In this document: piece by piece, positions 23,896 through 33,970 of the stretch
Layout of the letters: every line of letters begins with the position of its first letter
Position numbering within the stretch: position 1 is the stretch's first letter
Assembly: GCA_965219095.1 (NCBI GenBank)
Contig: CBDCMT010000001.1
Coordinates: forward strand, 192,001-256,000
Direction: 5' to 3'
From: Bdellovibrionales bacterium
GTDB lineage: Bacteria; Bdellovibrionota; Bdellovibrionia; Bdellovibrionales; UBA1609
Length of the DNA stretch: 64,000 nucleotides
Position numbers and translations under genes: made by a program
The notes under the pieces: generated by a model
Told to the model about the DNA's origin: nothing
What the model saw: the letters and a program-made list of their open reading frames with translations, nothing else
The model's database searches: none

Positions 23896-25685
23896 GGCCC
23901 TGGTTTTCTAAAAAGAAAAGAACTATCTCTTTGTTCTGTGTTTCTCTTTTTTTCTCTTTTGCATCTTTAGCTGATAAAAAAGAGTGTGAATATTTAGGAG
24001 GTGATAGAAATAAAAACAGCCGTCTTTATCAGTGCGGTAATATTAAAGTTTTAAAACTCAAAGGTAGTAGGAAAGAAAAAGGTGAGGCTCAAGCTTATTG
24101 GATGGATCAAAAAAGAGTACAAAACAAGAGAATCAATTTTAAAACTTTGACCTATTTTAGAAGTCAGTTCAAAAATCAAAGTTTTTTAGCAAGAACTCTC
24201 ACTAATTATTTAGTGGGAAGTGAGTTAGACAAAGAATCTGAAGTTTCTAAAGAGCTTAAGGCTATGAGTAAGGCTTTAGATTTTTCTTGGAATGAATTTA
24301 AAGTCATTTTTGCACTTCCTGATATAGGGGCTTTAGATCCATCTCTTAGTACAAGTCTTCCTTCAGTAGTTTTTAAAAATTTTAAATTTCCAGGATGTAC
24401 AAGTATTACAACACTTTCGAAAGATGATGAGACATTTTTTTATGGTAGAAATTTAGATTATTCTTTAGTGGGAGTTTATGATCAAAATCCTCTTATGGTC
24501 ATTCGTTATCCAAAAAAGGGTGAAAATAAGTTAAAAACAGTAGCTTTTTCAACTCATGGTTTTTTTCTTCCTTCTATAACAGCTATGAATGAAAAAGGTC
24601 TCATTTACTCTCTTCATCAGACGTACTCTAAACTTCTTACATTAAAAGGAGTTCCTATACTAGCCTTAGGTGATGGTATTGTATCTCAATCTAAGAATAT
24701 CGATGAAGCTGTTAAAATGCTTAAGAAAAGGCAATCAGGAACTATGTGGAACATTAATTTAGCTGATCTAAACTCAGGAGAAATAGCTTATCTCTATGTC
24801 TCACAAGGTTTTGCAAAAGATTATAGAATCAAAAAACCTAAGAACTTTGCCATTTCCAATCATTTTTTTGATGATTTTATGAAACAGTTCCAACTTATTC
24901 CTTTTTCTACTTTAAAGAACTCTCTTTTTAGACAAAAGAAAGCAGAAGAACTTTTAAAACAAAAAGAAAATAAAATGTCAGTAAAAGAGTTGGCTGGAAT
25001 CTTGGGTTATCAATCCTCCGTAGATTCACCTCAGATATTTAATGATATCGGTAAAGGAGTAACCGTGCAAACTGTTTTATGGAAGTCTTCTATGAAGGGA
25101 GCAAAAAAAAAGGAAGTTTATATATCCGAAGGAAAAGCTCCTACATCTCTTTCTAGCTTTTTAAAATTTGATTTTAATGAACTGTTTTCAGATTTTTCTC
25201 AAGGTTTATCTTATGAGAGGGTTAAGTTTTTTGATACAAAGCGTCACTTGAGAAAAGCAGAGCTTGCTTTAGCTTATGAAACCGACATTCATTTGTTGAA
25301 AAAATTAAAAAAGAAACCAGGAGATAAAATCCTTAGAAGAGAACTCAATGCTATTAATAAAAAAACCTACAAGTTTTCATCTCTTTATTCAATTTACAGG
25401 CTTTATATGCAAAGAAAATATCATGAAGTGATAACCTCTGTAAAAGGAATGAGCTTGTACTTTTATCCTTCTTACATAAAAGATTATTTTGAGGTTTTAA
25501 GAGGGTTAAGTTTTTTAAAGACAAAAAAAGGATATAAAATGAAAACTTTTGAGAAATCTTGTGATCCTTACTTAAGAAAAACAAAAGCTTTAGCTAAAAC
25601 TTCCTTTCAGTACCAACTTTCTAGTGGTGGTTTTAAAAATGGATTTTATTCTTTAAAAGAATTTGATAAAAAATGTCTTGAGTGA
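23886..25685 (+). CDS. Exported C45/NAAA-like Ntn (N-terminal Cys) amidohydrolase or acyltransferase
   Basis: Signal peptide (...ASLA), G-CTSI autoprocessing site (Cys codon 24396), YGRNLDY, MNEKGL, ISNHF; overlaps the GH3 stop by 10 bp. Confidence 0.82.
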   Translation: MLIRPWFSKKKRTISLFCVSLFFSFASLADKKECEYLGGDRNKNSRLYQCGNIKVLKLKGSRKEKGEAQAYWMDQKRVQNKRINFKTLTYFRSQFKNQSFLARTLTNYLVGSELDKESEVSKELKAMSKALDFSWNEFKVIFALPDIGALDPSLSTSLPSVVFKNFKFPGCTSITTLSKDDETFFYGRNLDYSLVGVYDQNPLMVIRYPKKGENKLKTVAFSTHGFFLPSITAMNEKGLIYSLHQTYSKLLTLKGVPILALGDGIVSQSKNIDEAVKMLKKRQSGTMWNINLADLNSGEIAYLYVSQGFAKDYRIKKPKNFAISNHFFDDFMKQFQLIPFSTLKNSLFRQKKAEELLKQKENKMSVKELAGILGYQSSVDSPQIFNDIGKGVTVQTVLWKSSMKGAKKKEVYISEGKAPTSLSSFLKFDFNELFSDFSQGLSYERVKFFDTKRHLRKAELALAYETDIHLLKKLKKKPGDKILRRELNAINKKTYKFSSLYSIYRLYMQRKYHEVITSVKGMSLYFYPSYIKDYFEVLRGLSFLKTKKGYKMKTFEKSCDPYLRKTKALAKTSFQYQLSSGGFKNGFYSLKEFDKKCLE

Positions 25686-26230
25686 ATTTTGGTTTTTTGT
25701 TTTATAGTGAAAAAGTGTGTGATTCACTTTTCTATGATTTTGTCATGAGATTATCCGTAAAGTCATTAGGGTTTGAAGAAAGGGTTTCTCTGAGCTAAGC
25801 TCAGGGGATTATTAAAAATAATTTGAAAGTCTAACGGGATTACGAACATCCTTTAATTTAATTTACTTTACATAGACAGTCTCGTTTTTTTAGTTTGCTG
25901 TCTTATTTTTATAAACCGTTTTTTGTAACAAGTTTAACTTCTTTCATTAGGAATTAAGCTTCAGATTGTAAAAAACTGGCATCCATTTTTTCTTTTAAGC
26001 AGTCTTTAGCCCTAAAAATAAACCCTCAAAGAATAAAGATGAATTTTCTACCTCTTTTTAAGCTTTTCAAAATGAAAAGCTACTGGCTACACTTCAAAGA
26101 CCCTCAAGGTGACATACTTTTTCATAGATGTTTATCTAGCTAGAAAAAGGGATTTTTGAAATACGATCAGTAGATTTTTCATATTTCTTTGTAATTTGTA
26201 AGAGCAAGGAGTTTATGGTATAATTGCACT

Positions 26231-27799
26231 ATGGGAATAAGCTTTTTGCTAGGCGTTATTTTTTCAACTCTTATTTATAGACTTCTTGTCTTAAGAAACA
26301 TCAAACATCTTAAACAACGTTCTCAGTCTTTAGTTTCCGAAGCTCAAGAAAAGGCTAAATTTCGACAAGAGGATATAGAAAGGCAGATGGCTGAGTACAA
26401 AGAGGAAACATTTCAAGAACTAGAAAAACAACTGGACTCTCTTAAAGAAGTCATTGAAGAAAAAAAAATTCAGATTCAAGAAAAGAGTACAGAACATAAA
26501 CATGTTTTTAAAATTGAAGAAAAGAAGTGCCTAAGACGTGAGGAAAATACAAATCAAATAGAGGTACACTTAGAAAATAAAAAAAAGCACTATAAAGAAA
26601 AAAAACAAAAACTTTTAGAGGCTGAAAAAAAGTATATAAAGCTTCTTGAAGAGCAAGTGGAACAGCCCTTTGATAACATCACAAAACAAATAACAGAAAA
26701 ACTAAAACATGACTTCAAAGAGTTCGTGATAAAGAAAATACAGAAAAGAGAAGACAGGTTTAGAGTCAAACTAGATGAAATTGTTAAAAATATTATTTTA
26801 CGTGTAATTCATCGTTTTGTGATTCCTTACTGTCCTGAAAGAGCCATTCCCAGCATTGGAATAAAAGACGAAAAAATAGTTGAAAAAGTGTTAGGGCCTC
26901 AACAACAACACATTCCTATTATGGAAAACCTTATCGGTGTTGATATCTCTTTATCTAAAGAGCGAGATAAAACAACCCTTAATGTCTCAGCCTTTGATAC
27001 AGTAAGGAGAGAACTAACACGTCTAGTCTGCGTTCAACTGATAAAAGACAAAAAAGTCAATCAAGAAAGAGTAAGACGTCTTGTGGAAAGAAAAAAACAT
27101 AAACTTCTTAAAAAAATTAAATCTGATGGAGTGGCTATGGCACAAAAGCTTAATTTAAAAAATGTTCACCCTGAAGTCATGAAGCTTATGGGATGTTTGA
27201 GGTACCGCTACTCTTTTGCTCAAAACCAATACTTCCATTGTGGTGAAGTGGGTTGGTTATGCGGTCTTTTTTCTGAGGAGTTATACCTTGACAGACAAAA
27301 AGGACGTAGAGCAGGTTGGCTTCATGATTTAGGGAAGTCTATGGATCACAGCCTTTCAGGTGGACATGCTGTGATAGGAGCTGATTTTATTGAAAAATAT
27401 GGAGAACAAGAAGATATTGTTCATGCCGTTAAAGCTCATCATTACGATGTTGAGCCTGCAACTCCTCTTTCTTTCTTAGTAATTGCAGCTGATGCTCTCT
27501 CAGGAAGTCGTCCTGGAGCACGACGATCGACAGCCGAATCCTATACACAAAAGTTAGAACAACTTTATGAAGTCACTAAAGAATTTGAAGACGTTATAGA
27601 AACGACACTGATTCTCAGTGGAGCAAAAGAGTTAAGAATTTATGTAGATAGTCAAAAGATCAATGATCACAAGGCATTAGAAATGAGTACTCACATCGCT
27701 TCAAAAATTGAAAATGAATTGAGTTATCCAGGACATATTAAAGTGACTATTGTAAGGCAGGCTGCAAGTGTTCATATATCAAACGCTAAAGCTCAATAG
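26231..27799 (+). CDS. rny: Ribonuclease Y
   Basis: N-terminal TM helix, coiled coil, KH-like region, HD domain (LHDLGK, HAVIGA, AHH, AADALSGSRPGARR), YPGHIKVTIVR tail. Confidence 0.93.
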   Translation: MGISFLLGVIFSTLIYRLLVLRNIKHLKQRSQSLVSEAQEKAKFRQEDIERQMAEYKEETFQELEKQLDSLKEVIEEKKIQIQEKSTEHKHVFKIEEKKCLRREENTNQIEVHLENKKKHYKEKKQKLLEAEKKYIKLLEEQVEQPFDNITKQITEKLKHDFKEFVIKKIQKREDRFRVKLDEIVKNIILRVIHRFVIPYCPERAIPSIGIKDEKIVEKVLGPQQQHIPIMENLIGVDISLSKERDKTTLNVSAFDTVRRELTRLVCVQLIKDKKVNQERVRRLVERKKHKLLKKIKSDGVAMAQKLNLKNVHPEVMKLMGCLRYRYSFAQNQYFHCGEVGWLCGLFSEELYLDRQKGRRAGWLHDLGKSMDHSLSGGHAVIGADFIEKYGEQEDIVHAVKAHHYDVEPATPLSFLVIAADALSGSRPGARRSTAESYTQKLEQLYEVTKEFEDVIETTLILSGAKELRIYVDSQKINDHKALEMSTHIASKIENELSYPGHIKVTIVRQAASVHISNAKAQ

Positions 27800-28613
27800 A
27801 ATCCCATTCAGGAGCAAAATCAGGAGAGATGAGGCGCTGGGTTTTGTGTTGTGAATCAATAAGCCTCATATCTTCCTTGGAAAGTTTAAAATCAAAAATA
27901 TGAAAATTCTCCTCTATATGTTTTCTGTTAGAAGATTTAGGAATGGCCACTACAGATGTCTGAGAAAGAAGCCACCTTAAAGCTACTTGACTGCAGGTTT
28001 TGTTATGCTTTTCAGCTATCTTTTTTAGAGTATGATTTTTGAAAACCCTTCTTCGTGCTAAAGGACAATACGCTGTTAAGAACATGTTATTCTTTCTTAG
28101 ACTTGTTAAAACTTTTTCTTGACTCAAAAAAGGGTGGTACTCTACTTGATTGCAGATAAGATCGGAAGCTAGAAGTTTGGCTTCCTCTATAAGTTTTGAA
28201 GGAAAGTTACTCAAACCTACAAAGCGTGTTTTCTTTTGCTCAACTAGTTTAACAAAAGCAGCTAAAGTTTCCTTTAAAGGAAAATCAGAATTAGGCCAAT
28301 GAATTAAAAGAAGATCAATGTAATTTGTTTTAAGTTTTTTTAAGCTTATTTCTGTACTTTTAAGAACTTCATTGAAAGAAAGTACATCTCTCCACACTTT
28401 AGTCACTAAAAAGATCTTATCCCTATCCACTAAAGACTCTTTGATTCCTAAGCCTACCTCAACTTCATTTCCATAAATTTGAGCTGTATCTATATGACGG
28501 TAGCCAACCTTCAAAGCTGTACAAACAGCTTCAGTACATTCTTTACCTTGACATTGCCAAGTCCCTATTCCTAGTTTAGGAATAGCAGTTTTTTTGTACT
28601 CTAAATACTCCAT
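27786..28613 (-). CDS. Aldo/keto reductase (DkgB-like)
   Basis: GYRHIDTAQIYGNE, DLLLIHWP, GLSNF, NQVEYHP, IPKSS motifs. Confidence 0.95.
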   Translation of the reverse strand: MEYLEYKKTAIPKLGIGTWQCQGKECTEAVCTALKVGYRHIDTAQIYGNEVEVGLGIKESLVDRDKIFLVTKVWRDVLSFNEVLKSTEISLKKLKTNYIDLLLIHWPNSDFPLKETLAAFVKLVEQKKTRFVGLSNFPSKLIEEAKLLASDLICNQVEYHPFLSQEKVLTSLRKNNMFLTAYCPLARRRVFKNHTLKKIAEKHNKTCSQVALRWLLSQTSVVAIPKSSNRKHIEENFHIFDFKLSKEDMRLIDSQHKTQRLISPDFAPEWDSIEL

Positions 28614-28703
28614 ATACTAAGAGGCTATACTATTTTTTCATTTATGACAATTTGACTTTCACACTGCTTATGGTAACCTAAATCAACTCACAGGTTGATT
28701 TAA

Positions 28704-28779
28704 GCGAGTGTAGCTCAATGGCTAGAGTATCAGCCTTCCAAGCTGAGGGTTGTGGGTTCGAGTCCCACCATTCGCTCCA
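28704..28779 (+). tRNA. tRNA-Gly(TCC)
   Basis: Acceptor GCGAGTG/CATTCGC, anticodon arm TCAGC-CTTCCAA-GCTGA, T-loop GGTTCGAGTCC, encoded CCA. Confidence 0.97.
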
Positions 28780-28890
28780 TTCATAGAACAAGTGAAAGTC
28801 TCTGAAATAAACCTAAATAACAAGTGTTAAAACGAAATAAACAACAGTAGGGCTTGATTTTGGTCAGAAAATTTTGGAGCATTTCAAAAC

Positions 28891-28934
28891 TTTGTGGCAA
28901 GTTTGTGGCAGATTTGTGGCAGATTTGTGGCAAG
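28891..28934 (+). repeat. 4 x 11-bp tandem repeat TTTGTGGCA(AG/GA), putative integrase arm-type sites
   Basis: Four units seen directly; a fifth copy is at 53544-53554 immediately after the integrase stop. Confidence 0.75.
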
Positions 28935-29133
28935 TTTAAAAAGCTCCATCTTAAAAAAGACGAAAGGAAGCTAGGATTTGATATTTTAATGTTGGAGTTT
29001 CTCAAGTGAATGGCCAAGCTATTTTGTTTTAAGCCTCAAAGATGGCAGAGAATGCTATGCAATGATCAATAATGATGAAAGGAGAAAAACTATGTTTTCA
29101 ATTTTTCAATTCCCAAAATCGTAGGAGAGAACC

Positions 29134-29223
29134 AAATGCCATGCACAACATCTCTAGAACCCTCTTCTTTTTTTAATTTCTTTGATTTCATTGATTTTAT
29201 TTCAAACCCACATAAACACGCCA
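29134..29223 (+). repeat. 90-bp direct repeat, left copy (IS1634 long target duplication)
   Basis: Identical to 31117-31206; both abut the element IRs exactly. Confidence 0.92.
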
Positions 29224-31116
29224 CCTGAGTTTGCCCTTTCATTAAAAAAACACCTTCAGATCGAAAACAATGCAGTTTCAGGTCTTTTTTCTTTAAGTTT
29301 ATAATATGTCAGGTAATGTGCAATTATATAACTTGGAGAAAAAAGAGGGAGGGATTTTTTATGTTCATGGCTTGTCCTAAAAGAAAAGATGGAAATATTG
29401 TAGTTAGGCTGATTGTATCCTATAGAAAGGAGGGTAAACCTAAATCCAAAATAGTTAAAACTATCGGTCAATCTAAAGATCCTAAAGCTGTAGAGCGGTA
29501 TAAAAAGATAGCTAAAGAATTAATTGAAAAAGAAAAAAAGGGACTTGTTTCAATAGAGGGTGCTATTCGTAATAAGATTACAGTAAATCTTTCAGATGTA
29601 GACAATGAAGAGCGTCGTAATAATGGCTTTAATGACATTCTAGGTTTTACTTACCAACAGTTGGGTTTTAATGATCTCATCCAAGCAGGAAGAGATCCTA
29701 AAAAGCTCAATGCTATTTTAAAGAATCTAGTTTTGATGAGAGTTTTTGATCCATCAAGTAAATTAAAAAGTTCCTATTTACTTGAGGAGCATTTTGGTAA
29801 AAATATAACTCTCAAACAAATTTTAAATTTGATGGATCACATATCAGATCAGGAAGAAAACATTAGGGATAGAATTTCCCAAGTTATTCTTAATGGGGAA
29901 AAGAGCTTAGACATTGTCCTTTTTGATGTAACGACCTTGGCCTTTGAAAGTGTTGTTCCCACGGACTTATTAGATTTTGGTTACAGCAAAGATGGTAAAC
30001 CTGGAGAGGTTCAAGTTGTTTTAGCTGTTTTATCGAATCAGAAGGGTTTGCCTATAAGTTATGAATTATTTGCTGGCAACACTTCAGAGTTTGAGACCTT
30101 TGAATCAATGATTAAGGGGGTTTCTAGGAAGTATAACCTTAGAAAGATAAGGGTTATAGCAGACCGAGGTTTGTTTTCCAATAGTAATCTTGAAGCTTTA
30201 GAGGGGTTAAATTCAGAGGGAATCAAGGCTGAGTACATTGTTTCTTGTCCCTTAAAAAAACTTCCTAAATCTCTTAAGGACAGTATTTTGAATAAGAGTA
30301 ATTACAAAGATGATGGTACAGAAGGCTCTAAAATCTTATACCATGAGGTTGAGTATAATAACCGACGAATTATTATAAGTTACAGTGAGAAACGTGGGCG
30401 ACATGATATAAAAAAAAGGGAACGTGCTGTAGAAAATCTAAAGGAGTTAGAAAAAGATGGAAAGATTAAAAGTTCTAAGCTGATAAAAGGTGGAGGGAAA
30501 AATAAATATATACAAAAAGTTCGTGGGGACACAAAGATTGATTGGAAAAAAGTGGAGCAAGACGCCTTGTGGGATGGTCTATATGGAGTTTGTACAAATT
30601 TAAAATCAGAGTCTGTTCATGCCATTTGTGAGGCCCGCTACAATCTTTGGCGAATTGAAGAGCTGTTTCGGATTAACAAACATAATTTAAAAATGCGACC
30701 CATATATCATAGAAAAACTCAAAGAATAAGATCACACATAGCTATTTGTTTTTTAGCTTATGTGGTTCTGAGAAGTACAGAAATAACTTTAAAAGAAGCA
30801 GGGGTGAATATTAGCTCCCAAGAGCTTATTGAGACTCTTAAGGATGTAGAAACTAATATTATTCGAAATAGAGTAAAAGTTCCCTCTAAAGCTTATGGCC
30901 TTCCTCGTAAGTTATCTGCAAAGGCTAAGAAAATTTATAAGCTCTTTGGAAAGGAGTTTCCTGAAAGAGCCTATGAAATAACATAATTGTGAATGTTTAT
31001 TGGAGAGCTTTTGGTATGTAGAAAAATGTAGTATGTCTTTTTCATTGGAACAGTGCATAAACCTAGTTATTTCAGATACTTAAAGTAATAGCTAAATTTG
31101 AAAGGGCAAACTCAGG
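29224..31116 (+). mobile_element. IS1634-family element (long direct-repeat type)
   Basis: IR CCTGAGTTTGCCCTTTCA / TGAAAGGGCAAACTCAGG. Confidence 0.93.
29361..30986 (+). CDS. IS1634-family transposase
   Basis: FDVTT, GYSKDGK, ADRGL, WRIEELFR..K, RPIYH motifs; start uncertain (29316, 29361 or 29367). Confidence 0.92.
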   Translation: MFMACPKRKDGNIVVRLIVSYRKEGKPKSKIVKTIGQSKDPKAVERYKKIAKELIEKEKKGLVSIEGAIRNKITVNLSDVDNEERRNNGFNDILGFTYQQLGFNDLIQAGRDPKKLNAILKNLVLMRVFDPSSKLKSSYLLEEHFGKNITLKQILNLMDHISDQEENIRDRISQVILNGEKSLDIVLFDVTTLAFESVVPTDLLDFGYSKDGKPGEVQVVLAVLSNQKGLPISYELFAGNTSEFETFESMIKGVSRKYNLRKIRVIADRGLFSNSNLEALEGLNSEGIKAEYIVSCPLKKLPKSLKDSILNKSNYKDDGTEGSKILYHEVEYNNRRIIISYSEKRGRHDIKKRERAVENLKELEKDGKIKSSKLIKGGGKNKYIQKVRGDTKIDWKKVEQDALWDGLYGVCTNLKSESVHAICEARYNLWRIEELFRINKHNLKMRPIYHRKTQRIRSHIAICFLAYVVLRSTEITLKEAGVNISSQELIETLKDVETNIIRNRVKVPSKAYGLPRKLSAKAKKIYKLFGKEFPERAYEIT

Positions 31117-31588
31117 AAATGCCATGCACAACATCTCTAGAACCCTCTTCTTTTTTTAATTTCTTTGATTTCATTGATTTTATTTCAAACCCACATAAAC
31201 ACGCCAAGCCCCTCATATGTAAGTCGGTTATCTGACCGCCCTATCCAAGCCTAAATTTCTCTTATAAGTTTTTCTTAAGAAGGAGAATTTTATGGGAAGA
31301 AGAGAATTATTTAAAAGGATAACCTCTTTGCATCTCTTTGACATTTCGAGACGTGTCAGATCAAGTCGAATCGAGGGGTTATTTTGTATAACCTCTTGAA
31401 AACACTAAAAAGAGAATAAAAACAATAACTAACACTTCCTTGTTTCAGGCCAAATGCACACACTTTTTCACAGTTTTGGATAGTTAATCACGAACAAATC
31501 ACGAACAAATTCCTCAAGAAAATGGTAGGGAGAATAAAAACCGACCAACATAACTATGTTATGTTGTACTAGGTTTATAAAAAAACAA

Positions 31589-32983
31589 GAGGATGTCCCA
31601 TTTCTCGGTGGAATTAGTTAGAGGGCGATTTCATGTTTAAGCGACCTTTCTTTGTTTTGCAACCATTTTTTCTAAGTTTTCTTTAAAGTTTTTTAAATAC
31701 ATAAAGCCTCTGATTCGTTTAAATCTTTTCTCAGCATCAAAGAGAGTAACAGCAGCCCAACGACTCACTTGGTCTGCTCCTCTTTTCCAGTTCTTAACTC
31801 TCCCTGTTCTATACCTTGTGTAGGAAAACATGGACTCTATAGGATTTGTAGACAGTAAAGTCTTTTTTAAGGAGGGGGTAGCTTTAAGACGAATCACAGT
31901 CAAAGTCTCCTTACAAGCTTCTTCAAGAGATTCTAAAGCTGAATGGTTGATCTGTTTCAACCAACAAACTAACTCCTCATGCTCTTTCAAAGCCGATTCA
32001 TAATCTACTGAACCATGAAGTCTTTTCCAACGAATGCGAAACTCTTGATGTCTTTCTTTTGGCAAATAATTGAGGATATTTCTTTCTTTGTGACGAATGC
32101 AACGTTGAACAACAGACTTTTTTCCCCAAACTGCCTTGATAGCCTTCCTTAGAGCTTTAGAACCATCAATAACAAAAAGATAGCCCTTATCTGAATCCAT
32201 ACCTCTAGAAACAAGGTTCTCTAAAAGATCTTTTGTCAGCTCGCAATTTTCTGTAGTTCCTTCTCGTAACCCTATAATGTGCTTTTTGCCCGTCACGTCG
32301 ATACCTAAAGCAACCACCACTGTACGATCTCCAAAGCCTACTCCATCTATCATGACTGAAACAAACTCATGCTTAGACAAGTCCTTAGAGCTTATCTCAT
32401 CTAAAGCCTTCTTAGAGGAATTTACAAAAGCTCTAGAAACAGAACTCTTCTTAACTCCTGTGCCACCAGAGATCTCCTCTAAAAGAGGATCGTAGTCCCT
32501 TGTTGAAACTCCATGGAGAAGGTGGTTCTGAATCTTTTCAGTGAAAACATCGTAGTTTCTCAAAGCAGAGTATGTTCGCAGTTTGACATCTTTTCCGTCT
32601 TTTTTAACTCTGGGCTTTCGAATCGAAACTCTTTGTCCTTGAGCATAAACAGACCCAGGATCGCTTCCATTTCGCATGCATTCTTCCTCTCGATCGTATA
32701 GTGGACCACAGAGCTTAGTGACTTCGTCATTAAATATCCAGTAGATTACGTCAAGAATTCTATGCTTCATATAGTTATGAACAGCATCTTGAATCTCCTT
32801 GTGATCCGATAGTTCTTGAATTGATATTTTTTCTTTTGTATTCTTCATTTTGGACTCCTTTTGTTTAATTTTTAATTCATTCTAAATATTTATTAAATCC
32901 TAGGTGGACTTAAAAATCCACCAGGGAGTCCTCTTATCTGCTCCATTTTTGAACAGAATTCCACCGAGAAATGGGACATCCTC
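31589..32983 (-). mobile_element. IS256-family element, intact
   Basis: IR GAGGATGTCCCATTTCTCGGTGGAATT; 8-bp target duplication AAAAACAA; empty site visible in the right arm near 50336-50350. Confidence 0.95.
31637..32848 (-). CDS. IS256-family (Mutator-like) transposase
   Basis: GVSTR, MIDG, VIDGSKAL, QRCIRHK, STNPIES motifs. Confidence 0.95.
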   Translation of the reverse strand: MKNTKEKISIQELSDHKEIQDAVHNYMKHRILDVIYWIFNDEVTKLCGPLYDREEECMRNGSDPGSVYAQGQRVSIRKPRVKKDGKDVKLRTYSALRNYDVFTEKIQNHLLHGVSTRDYDPLLEEISGGTGVKKSSVSRAFVNSSKKALDEISSKDLSKHEFVSVMIDGVGFGDRTVVVALGIDVTGKKHIIGLREGTTENCELTKDLLENLVSRGMDSDKGYLFVIDGSKALRKAIKAVWGKKSVVQRCIRHKERNILNYLPKERHQEFRIRWKRLHGSVDYESALKEHEELVCWLKQINHSALESLEEACKETLTVIRLKATPSLKKTLLSTNPIESMFSYTRYRTGRVKNWKRGADQVSRWAAVTLFDAEKRFKRIRGFMYLKNFKENLEKMVAKQRKVA

Positions 32984-33039
32984 AAAAACAACCTTCAAAA
33001 GGATACATGGCTGTTTGTCAAGGAAGTGATATTTAATCA

Positions 33040-33290
33040 CCTAAATTCGGGGCAAAAAATATCCACTACAAACATCCTAACATTTAAAATATCTTAAAAC
33101 GGTCTTTCTTCCTCTGAGAAAAGACAAGATTTCTTGAAAAAGAAAGGGGTTTGCCATTGACTACTATCTGTAGTAGTGTATATATTATACATTATAGGAG
33201 GGGATATGAGCTTCATAAGAAAAATAAAAAAAGGCAATAAAACTTAGTAAAATGACAACTGTAGTGTATATTTTTGACCCCGAATTTAGG
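33040..33290 (+). mobile_element. 251-bp non-autonomous IS1634 derivative (MITE-like)
   Basis: IRs CCTAAATTCGGGG / CCCCGAATTTAGG, 7-bp duplication TTAATCA; retains RBS and first codons MSFIRKIKKGNKT. Confidence 0.88.
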
Positions 33291-33349
33291 TTAATCAGTT
33301 ACACAATTTAATTTACAGACTCATAATACAGTTTTCTGACTTTACTTTT

Positions 33350-33970
33350 TCAATCCAGTCCTTTGAGAAATTCTACTACATCAAAATGTCCTTTTGCTTT
33401 CGCCAACATAAGTGCTGTCCTTCCCTTATTATCTTTAGCATTTACATTTGAAACTTTAAAAAGAATCCTTACAATATCGAGATGTCCTACTCTTGCGGCC
33501 CACATAAATGCTGTCCATCCGCTATAATCTGTAGCATTTACATCTGAAACTTTAGAAAGAAACTCTACTACATCTGCATGTCCGTAACGTGCGGCCCACA
33601 TAAGTGCTGTCCATCCGTCATAATCTGTAGCATTTACATTTGAAACTTTAGAAAGAAATTCTACTACATCTACACGTCCGTAACGTGCGGCCAACATAAA
33701 TGCTGTCTTTCCCTTATTATTTTTAGCATTTACATCTAAACCTTTAACTTTAGAAAGAAGCTCTACAATAATATTGAGATGTCCGTAATATGCTGCATAC
33801 ATAAATGCTGTCATTCCCATATTATTTTTAGCATTTACATCTAAACCCTTAACTTTAGAAAGAAATCTTACAATATCGAGATATCCGTAAAATGCTGCAT
33901 ACATAAGTGCTGTCCATTGACTGTCATTATCTTTAGCATTTACATCTGAAACTTTAGAAAGAAACTCTAC
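33350..33970 (-). pseudogene. Ankyrin-repeat protein, 5'-truncated by IS630
   Basis: About six G-x-TALM-x-AA-x-x-GH-x-DVV-x-FL repeats; the frame stays open upstream of the annotated ATG (33904) to the IS boundary (VEFLSKVSDVNAKDNDSQWTAL). Confidence 0.85.

Noticed and set aside
25686..26230. 6S RNA or riboswitch upstream of rny
   Set aside because: Only a short hairpin (CTGAGC-TAA-GCTCAG, ~25790-25804) is visible; an Rfam search would be needed
28891..28934. Short repeats as a CRISPR array
   Set aside because: 11-bp contiguous units with no spacers, and no cas genes in the window
28781..29017. 78-aa minus-strand ORF
   Set aside because: Reads through the att-proximal 11-bp repeats; no coding evidence
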